A stretch of 64,000 nucleotides of DNA from an uncultured delta proteobacterium (GTDB taxonomy: Bacteria; Myxococcota_A; Polyangia; Polyangiales; Polyangiaceae), in assembly GCA_963819085.1 (NCBI GenBank), contig CAWFUX010000049.1:24382-88381 (forward strand), written 5' to 3'. The first letter of the stretch is position 1. Each line of letters starts with the position of its first letter. The position numbers were made by a program, and so were the translations under genes. The notes beneath the pieces were generated by a model, which saw only the letters and a list, made by a program, of their open reading frames with translations, was not told the DNA's origin and did no database searches. Of this stretch, positions 59,485 to 64,000 are shown piece by piece.

Positions 59485-61404
59485 GTGACCATGCGCCTGC
59501 GACTACAACTGGATTTCCACACGATAACTGTTTTTTTCCTGGGTATTGTTCTGTTCGATGCCCTCATTCTCGGACCCAATTTGGCCTGTTGCCGACCGCG
59601 GACAGGCGATGCATCGAGCGGCGCGGCAGGGACTTCCAATCTTGTCCGACAATCGCAGGGTGGCTCGCTAGCGTATAAATTACCGACTCCCGTCGATTCC
59701 GTGCCGTCACAACCCCCATCAAAAATTCAGGTGAGAAATCCGGTGGCCGCGGTAGTTGCTGGGGAGAGCATCAAACCTACGGTCCGGTTTGTGGGCCATG
59801 CTGGCCCACGCTCCGTGAGGGGCAAGTTTGGCATGGTGGTGACGGTTGAGCCGCAGGCTACACGCGTAGGAGTGGACATGCTCGAGGCGGGTGGCAGTGC
59901 CGTGGATGCCGCCGTAGCGGTCGCATTGGCTCTGGCTGTTACGCACCCGAGCGCTGGGAACATCGGCGGCGGGGGTTTTTGGCTCATTCACAGGAAGAAT
60001 GAAGCCACTGCGGCAATCGATTTTCGCGAGACTGCGCCTGCAATTTTGGACCGTACTCGATTTGACACAATGATTCGCTCGGGCGGCTGCGGTAGTGACT
60101 CCGTCGGTATTCCGGGAACGATTGCGGGTCTTTTCGAAGCGCACGCGCGTTACGGTAGACTCCCATGGAGTCGCGTCGTATCAGGTGCAATTGCTCTGGC
60201 GCAAAAGGGGCATCGGGTGGGAATTGCCGAAGCCACAGCGCTCCGCAAGGCCTGGCCCGCACTCAGGTTGTCAACCGCGGCACGGGCAAGTTTTGCTCTC
60301 GAAAATGGTCGAGTTCCCACCGAAGGCAATTGGGTAAAAAGGCCCGCTTTGGCTAGGACGCTTGAAATGATCCGCGATCAGGGGCTGGACGGCTTTTATC
60401 GGGGTCCCATTGCGGACTCGATCGTTAGCGCCCTCGGAGCGCAAAGTCAGTTGTCCACGAAGGACCTGGCCGAATACCACGCTCGCTGGCGCACTCCGCG
60501 ACAAGTAATATATCGCGGGTTACTGGTTGAGACGATGCCGCTACCCTCGGCGGGGGGAATAGCGCTGACTGAGGAACTTAACCTCCTGCAAAAGTTCGAT
60601 CTCGCGAAAATGACATACGGCTCGAGTAGTCATATGCATTTGCTCTTGGAGATTCAGCGCAGGGGTGATTCAGACCGGATCTCGTTGGCATCGGACCCTG
60701 ATCGGCTCGACGCCACTCGGCTGAGTACGCTGGAATCTCGGTTTGTCGATCCTCACGCATGGGACAGCTATCCGATTGATCCTGAGCGTGCGACGCCCAA
60801 TTTGCGAGAGCCCGCGCCTGCGAACCTTCGAGAATCGGTAAATACGACTCACTTTTCGGTGGTTGACGCTGAAAAGACCACCGTGTCGGCGACTATGACG
60901 CTTTCGGCCGCGTTTGGTTCGAAAATCGTTACAGATAGCGGCATTGTACTGAATAACACACTTGCCTCTTTTGCCGAGCTCGGCGCCAATCAACCGCAGC
61001 CGGGTCGTCGCACTACCAGCTCGATGTCACCCACATTGGTATTTGACGAATCGGGGCCGATTTTGGTGCTCGGCACTCCGGGTGGTGACAGCATCCCCAG
61101 TACCTTGATGCAGGTTTTGAGCAATCTGGTTGATTTCAATATGAGCCTCGAAGCCGCTATCGATGCGCCCCGCGTCTATCAGTCCTTTGCTCCCGATATT
61201 GCGCGCTATGAAGCGTTGCGACCCATCAAAGCGGCCGTGCGAAAGCAACTCACTCGCATGGGCCACAATCTATCGGGGAAATCGCCCAAACAGGGTCACG
61301 CGAATTGCATCCTCCTCAGAAACTCCGATGTATTTGGCTATGCGGACCCGCGCGAAGGTGGCCTAGCGCTTGCGGCGCGGTTTCCCACTGCCGTTGCAAG
61401 GTGA
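59485..61404 (+). CDS. ggt: Gamma-glutamyltransferase
   Basis: VVTVEPQATRVGVDMLEAGGSAVDAAVAVALALAVTHPSAGNIGGGGF is present. The autoprocessing and catalytic Thr lies in NTTHFSVVD. The GTPGGDSIP region is also present. Confidence 0.88.
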   Translation: MTMRLRLQLDFHTITVFFLGIVLFDALILGPNLACCRPRTGDASSGAAGTSNLVRQSQGGSLAYKLPTPVDSVPSQPPSKIQVRNPVAAVVAGESIKPTVRFVGHAGPRSVRGKFGMVVTVEPQATRVGVDMLEAGGSAVDAAVAVALALAVTHPSAGNIGGGGFWLIHRKNEATAAIDFRETAPAILDRTRFDTMIRSGGCGSDSVGIPGTIAGLFEAHARYGRLPWSRVVSGAIALAQKGHRVGIAEATALRKAWPALRLSTAARASFALENGRVPTEGNWVKRPALARTLEMIRDQGLDGFYRGPIADSIVSALGAQSQLSTKDLAEYHARWRTPRQVIYRGLLVETMPLPSAGGIALTEELNLLQKFDLAKMTYGSSSHMHLLLEIQRRGDSDRISLASDPDRLDATRLSTLESRFVDPHAWDSYPIDPERATPNLREPAPANLRESVNTTHFSVVDAEKTTVSATMTLSAAFGSKIVTDSGIVLNNTLASFAELGANQPQPGRRTTSSMSPTLVFDESGPILVLGTPGGDSIPSTLMQVLSNLVDFNMSLEAAIDAPRVYQSFAPDIARYEALRPIKAAVRKQLTRMGHNLSGKSPKQGHANCILLRNSDVFGYADPREGGLALAARFPTAVAR

Positions 61405-61511
61405 AGCCTTCGTTCCGTTGTCATGACTCATCCCGACTCGGCTGATAAATTGGTCTAATGTGAATACACCAGGTTGTCGTAATCACGATAAGCCCCGCCT
61501 CAAGACCAATC

Positions 61512-62696
61512 GTGACCTCGCCAATTGTCAACCCGTACGCTGAGCCGGACTCATCTGGAGCGCCGGTCCAGAACTATTCTTCGATATTCGACGAACCCTC
61601 GTGCGCTGCATTGCCGGTTACTCACACGAAAGTTTTGTTCGTATCGCCTAACTACCCCCAATATAAGCAAGTATTCGCAGCGCTTCTTTCTAACAATCTG
61701 CGACCAGTACATATTGAGCGTCTGTCGGACGTGCCAATACAGAAGCGGGCGTTTCAACACGTCTTTATCGATCTGTGCGTTCCCGGCGCACTCAATTGGT
61801 TGAACGAATATGCGAAGGACGATGATGAGATCTTTCCCATAGCGCTGATCCAGCGCGGCGAACGCGAGGGTTCAGCACTGGCGGCGGGAGCCTTCGCGAC
61901 CCTTCAGTTACCGATCGAAGCAGCCGATGTGCTTTTGTGCATTGGGCGCAATCGCGCACGAATCGAGCGAAGTCGCAACGTTCAAGAATTGATGGATCGC
62001 GACCGGCGCCGGGTTGCCACAACATCCGTTGAAGGCGTCCTGACTACTTTATGTCAGGACCTGCGAAACCCACTGGCGGCGGCCCTAGCCAACGTGGAGT
62101 ACATGCGGGAAATCGACATCCGCCATAATGAGGGCGTCAGTTCTGAAGAAAAGCGAAATATCCTCGAAGACACTTTGGAGGCACTGCGAAGTCTGCGCAG
62201 CACGCTTGAAAGTCTGGCGACCCTAGTTAAAAGAGAAATCGCCGAAGCGCGACGCATCGTGTTTTGGGAAATCGTGCAGGGCGTGATTGATGAATTGGGA
62301 GGCGACGGTAAACGCGTTACCCTTACCGGTGACCCAACCGTTCGTGGTTGGGCGGACGAGGAGCTTTTGCGGCAGGTCGTATCGACTCTTATCCACCGAT
62401 CGCTCGGCTCTATGGATCGAAACGACTCAGCGTCAGCGGTCCAAATACGCGTTTACGCGACGGATACCGAGGCGCGCATTAGCGTGCGTGACAACGGCCC
62501 ATTCTTATCAGCCGAGACAATCAAGAATTTGTTCGAAGCCTCGTATGCGATTTCTCCCAGTGGGAGGGCTGAACTGCTGCTGGCGGTAACGCACCACGCC
62601 GTAGTTCGGATGGGCGGAACCCTGGACTACGACCAGCGAAATTCCCTGGGCAGCGTATTTCGAATTCGGCTCCGGCTGGTTCGCGCTAACGAATGA
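61512..62696 (+). CDS. Degenerate receiver-like + histidine-kinase-like protein (phospho-acceptor His replaced by Gln)
   Basis: The REC-like N-domain lacks the acidic DD pair (KVLFVSPNYP). The H-box position reads LCQDLRNPLAAAL, with a CAG codon at 62055-62057 where His is expected. In the HATPase-like region the N-box is degenerate (LIHRSL), G1 is RDNGPF and there is no GxGLGL. Confidence 0.65.
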   Translation: MTSPIVNPYAEPDSSGAPVQNYSSIFDEPSCAALPVTHTKVLFVSPNYPQYKQVFAALLSNNLRPVHIERLSDVPIQKRAFQHVFIDLCVPGALNWLNEYAKDDDEIFPIALIQRGEREGSALAAGAFATLQLPIEAADVLLCIGRNRARIERSRNVQELMDRDRRRVATTSVEGVLTTLCQDLRNPLAAALANVEYMREIDIRHNEGVSSEEKRNILEDTLEALRSLRSTLESLATLVKREIAEARRIVFWEIVQGVIDELGGDGKRVTLTGDPTVRGWADEELLRQVVSTLIHRSLGSMDRNDSASAVQIRVYATDTEARISVRDNGPFLSAETIKNLFEASYAISPSGRAELLLAVTHHAVVRMGGTLDYDQRNSLGSVFRIRLRLVRANE

Positions 62697-63783
62697 GTGG
62701 AAGCCCGGACTGCATCTGGCCAAATCCCCAAAACACGGGCTCGGGAATCAGGACAACGCCAAACTTTTGCTCCACGGTTTGCTGAATCCTTCTCGCAAGA
62801 CGAACAACGTCACGCGCCCTTGCGCCCGGGTATGCGACCATTGCCAAACTATGTCGCTCAGACAACCCGACATTTCCGTCACGGTATCCCCGTTGATAAC
62901 CCGCCTTCTCGATTAGCCACGCAGCGGCAACTTTAGAAAGACCAGACGACTGCGGATACAGTGGTACCGACTCGGATGCAAAACCGTCGCGTATTGACGA
63001 AGCAACGTCCGAAGGGACCACCGGGTTGACGAAAAAGCTACCGCAGCCACGCGAACACGGATCACCAGGATCCAAGAGCATCGACTTGGATCTTCGTAAG
63101 CGCAGAACCGCTTGACGAATGTCGCTCGCCGTCGGCGCGCTCGACGTTTGAGCTAGTTGCTGCTTGAGTTCCGAATGACTGGGAACTTTTGGCGGCGACA
63201 GTTGCAATTGGAAGCATACGGTTACAACCACGAAACGTCTGGACTCTGGTCCCTTGAACCGGCTATTGCGGTAACCAAAATCACAATCGACGGCCTCAAC
63301 TCGGATGACGTCTCCCGTATCGCGATCGAACACCTCAACATGACTGATTGTCTGTGATACGTCTTGGCCATAAGCTCCAACGTTTTGTATCGGGGTAGCG
63401 CCGACACGTCCAGGTATCCCGCTCAGGCATTCCAAACCAGAATATCCGCGGGCTACCGTTTCCGAAACCAGCGAGTCCCAATCTTCACCAGCTGCCGCGA
63501 TAACCTGGACCGCATTTTGACCTACATCGTAGTTTATCCCTCGCAGGCGAAGGTCCACGACCAATCCCACTAGGCCCTCATCAGCGACAATCAGATTGCT
63601 CCCGCCTGAAAGCACCCACATAGGCAGTGATCGCGAGCGAGCCCAATTCAAGGCTTGGCCCAAGGCAGCAATGGTTTCAACGACAGCGTAATGCTCAGCC
63701 TGTCCGCCCACTCCCATGGAGGTTAGAGTTGCGAGCGGCCTACCTGCTTCGACATTCAACTCAGTCTTATGAATTTCTGTCAT
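62686..63783 (-). CDS. murB: UDP-N-acetylenolpyruvoylglucosamine reductase MurB
   Basis: LTSMGVGGQAEHY, VLSGGSNLIVADEG, GLECLSGIPGRVGATPIQNVGAYG and GSFFVNP are present. Confidence 0.88.
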   Translation of the reverse strand: MTEIHKTELNVEAGRPLATLTSMGVGGQAEHYAVVETIAALGQALNWARSRSLPMWVLSGGSNLIVADEGLVGLVVDLRLRGINYDVGQNAVQVIAAAGEDWDSLVSETVARGYSGLECLSGIPGRVGATPIQNVGAYGQDVSQTISHVEVFDRDTGDVIRVEAVDCDFGYRNSRFKGPESRRFVVVTVCFQLQLSPPKVPSHSELKQQLAQTSSAPTASDIRQAVLRLRRSKSMLLDPGDPCSRGCGSFFVNPVVPSDVASSIRDGFASESVPLYPQSSGLSKVAAAWLIEKAGYQRGYRDGNVGLSERHSLAMVAYPGARARDVVRLARRIQQTVEQKFGVVLIPEPVFWGFGQMQSGLPLIR

Positions 63784-64000
63784 TACCCTTACACGCTCGG
63801 AGTCCAGGATTGCGCGATACTAGCTGCGATTGCAGCCACAACGGTTTCGCGAAGCTAACCCTGCCAAGAATTCGCTTGCGCCGCCAAAGTCGCTTGGCTC
63901 GTGCCTTGGCCAATATGCCACGGACTTCCTCTGACAAAGCTCCGGGCTGAACTCCCAAACAACTTAGCGCGTCTGCCAAAACCATCAAACGTTCGCCCTC

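Noticed and set aside
63767-64000. A minus-strand ORF upstream of murB, running to the window edge, as a possible C-terminus of a mur or ddl gene
   Set aside because: The translation (..EGERLMVLADALSCLGVQPGALSEEVRGILAKARAKRLWRRKR..) shows no motif I can assign. Its tail looks non-coding and it may be frame-shifted. There is too little sequence to call it.
1-64000. CRISPR arrays, rRNA/tRNA genes, IS elements, prophage or defence islands (RM, TA, CBASS, retron or similar)
   Set aside because: I found no regularly spaced repeats, no transposase, integrase or reverse-transcriptase motifs, and no nuclease/ATPase pairs typical of defence systems. The gene content is housekeeping plus signalling.

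Overview
This is a 64-kb, densely coding chromosomal segment, about 55% GC by eye. It looks like core genome of a Myxococcota/deltaproteobacterium-like organism, judging from many lipoproteins, a Hanks kinase, DUF1844, an RHH protein, an ECF sigma factor and PAS/GAF signalling. That taxonomic guess is inference only.

Gene content in order:
- the 3' end of recB, then recD and an overlapping SWIM/SNF2 helicase
- a Ser/Thr kinase
- a partial complex I operon, nuoE-F-J-K-L-M-N
- a MoxR ATPase module
- two very large overlapping beta-propeller lipoproteins
- mutS, hrpB and a HAD hydrolase
- a Cys-rich lipoprotein divergent from an exported M16 peptidase pair
- a REC-GAF-PAS-DHp signalling protein
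- an FKBP/DUF1844/HtrA/ECF-sigma cluster
- a SUMF1-like protein, a small histidine kinase and an RHH protein
- an S41 C-terminal protease and aconitase A
- serA next to a YdiJ-like FAD/Fe-S dehydrogenase
- DUF4178, an SGNH hydrolase, moaB, ggt, a degenerate histidine kinase and murB

I found no rRNA, tRNA, CRISPR array, transposase, integrase or recognisable defence island.

The most striking property is roughly 25 single-nucleotide frame disruptions in otherwise well conserved genes: nuoL, nuoM, mutS (2), serA, acnA (at least 6), the S41 protease (5) and others. Several sit at homopolymers, and they cluster at 46.4-50.1 kb. The likeliest cause is uncorrected indel errors in the assembly. Real decay in a mutS-defective lineage is possible but less likely.

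I did not find a compelling, complete novel system. The best follow-up candidates are the twin beta-propeller lipoproteins, the Cys-rich lipoprotein with the M16 pair, the NuoL C-terminal PKD-like extension and several degenerate signalling proteins.
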